DNA of 64,000 nucleotides from Candidatus Blochmannia vicinus (nom. nud.) (GTDB lineage Bacteria; Pseudomonadota; Gammaproteobacteria; Enterobacterales; Enterobacteriaceae): NCBI GenBank assembly GCA_030020825.1, contig CP125213.1, positions 24,379 to 88,378 of the forward strand, read 5' to 3'. Shown piece by piece: positions 63,081 to 64,000 of this stretch (position 1 is its first letter; each line of letters starts with the position of its first letter). The notes under the pieces were generated by a model. It saw only the letters and a program-made list of their open reading frames with translations, ran no database searches and was not told where the DNA came from. The position numbers and the translations under genes were made by a program.

Positions 63081-63608
63081 ATGAGCGCCGCATCAGTAGG
63101 TATTTTTTTTAGTAGCGATACGGGCAATACTGAAAAACTTGCTAAAATGATTCAAACACGATTAGGACAGGATGTTGCAGATGTTTTTGATATAGCTGTA
63201 AGTTCTAAAGAAGATATAGAAAATTATGATAAGTTATTATTTGGTATTCCTACTTGGTATTATGGAGAACCCCAATGCGATTGGGATGATTTTCTACCTG
63301 TATTAAGAAATATTGACTTTTCTGGAAAAAAAGTAGCAATTTTTGGATGTGGAGATCAGGAAGATTATTCGGAATATTTTTGTGATGCGATGAGTATTTT
63401 ATATGATATTACTTTAAAAAATGGCGCCGTGGTTATTGGATCATGGCCTGCATCTGGTTATCATTTTAACACATCAAAAAGCTTAATGAGCACAGATAAA
63501 TTTGTTGGATTAGCCATTGATGAGGATCGCCAACCTGAAATGACAGAGATACGTGTTCGACATTGGGTTAATCAAATTTGTGATGAGATGAAAATTAATT
63601 GTGCATAG
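63081..63608 (+). CDS. fldA: Flavodoxin 1
   Basis: GIFFSSDTGNTE, GIPTWYYGE, FGCGDQEDY.EYFCDA, GLAIDEDRQ. Confidence 0.97.
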   Translation: MSAASVGIFFSSDTGNTEKLAKMIQTRLGQDVADVFDIAVSSKEDIENYDKLLFGIPTWYYGEPQCDWDDFLPVLRNIDFSGKKVAIFGCGDQEDYSEYFCDAMSILYDITLKNGAVVIGSWPASGYHFNTSKSLMSTDKFVGLAIDEDRQPEMTEIRVRHWVNQICDEMKINCA

Positions 63609-63742
63609 AAAATTAATTATACTGCTATTTTTTATTTGATTAAAGTTATAATAGGTCTAATTTTAAAAATTATATACAATAGGTGTTAGTTGGGTTTATG
63701 GTCATATATAGTGTATGTGTATAACAGTTTTAAGTTTATTTG

Positions 63743-64000
63743 TTAGTAGTGTTTGGATTCTTTCAAGGTTACTGTTCTATTGAATACTAGGTAAGATTTT
63801 TTAGAAAGTTGATTATCTATAATGAAGTATCCTTCACGTTCAATTTGGTAAGGACCAGGATTATTAAATTTAACTATATTTTCTTCAACAATGCCTTGTG
63901 AGATCATTAAGGATTTAGGGTTAATATTATCTATAAAATGACTCATTATGGAAGGATTGGGACTAGTAAATAGTGTATCATATAGACGAAATTCTGCTGG
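63743..64000 (-). CDS. glnS: Glutaminyl-tRNA synthetase, C-terminal end (5' part outside window)
   Basis: Frame open to the window edge: PAEFRLYDTLFTSPNP...INPKSL...YQIEREGYF...VFNRTVTLK. Confidence 0.95.
   Translation of the reverse strand, partial: PAEFRLYDTLFTSPNPSIMSHFIDNINPKSLMISQGIVEENIVKFNNPGPYQIEREGYFIIDNQLSKKSYLVFNRTVTLKESKHY

Noticed and set aside
1-64000. Genes split by frameshifts in poly(A/T) tracts and rescued by polymerase slippage
   Set aside because: Several A8-A9 runs occur (e.g. in rnt, sufB, sucA), but every recognised gene is one full-length ORF, so no rescue needs to be invoked in this window.

Overview
A 64-kb stretch of a reduced, very AT-rich enterobacterial endosymbiont chromosome. 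The gene inventory (intact lipid A/Kdo genes, Tol-Pal, Lpp, Suf, slyA, sdh/suc/fumC without gltA) looks most like the ant symbiont Candidatus Blochmannia; this is an inference, not a database result. I identify 57 CDS (msbA and glnS cut by the window edges) and one tRNA-Val(GAC). They form four blocks syntenic with E. coli (msbA-kdsB; fumC-thrS; kdsA-ychF; ybhL-glnS reversed), with many intervening genes deleted. I see no IS, prophage or CRISPR. Most notable: (1) an intimin/invasin-type inverse autotransporter whose passenger ends in an FPAPPPPP motif, a WASP-C-like helix and an acidic tail, a possible host-actin-interacting surface protein; (2) tolA whose periplasmic domain is ten identical 90-bp repeats; (3) a set of long perfect intergenic palindromes (stems up to 37 bp, one loopless 60-mer); (4) PheT with its editing-site residues replaced while ThrRS editing residues are kept; (5) retained regulatory relics (AUU start of infC, a hairpin at the thrS operator position) alongside loss of fur, seqA, ihfA, pheM, hemA and gltA from their usual sites.
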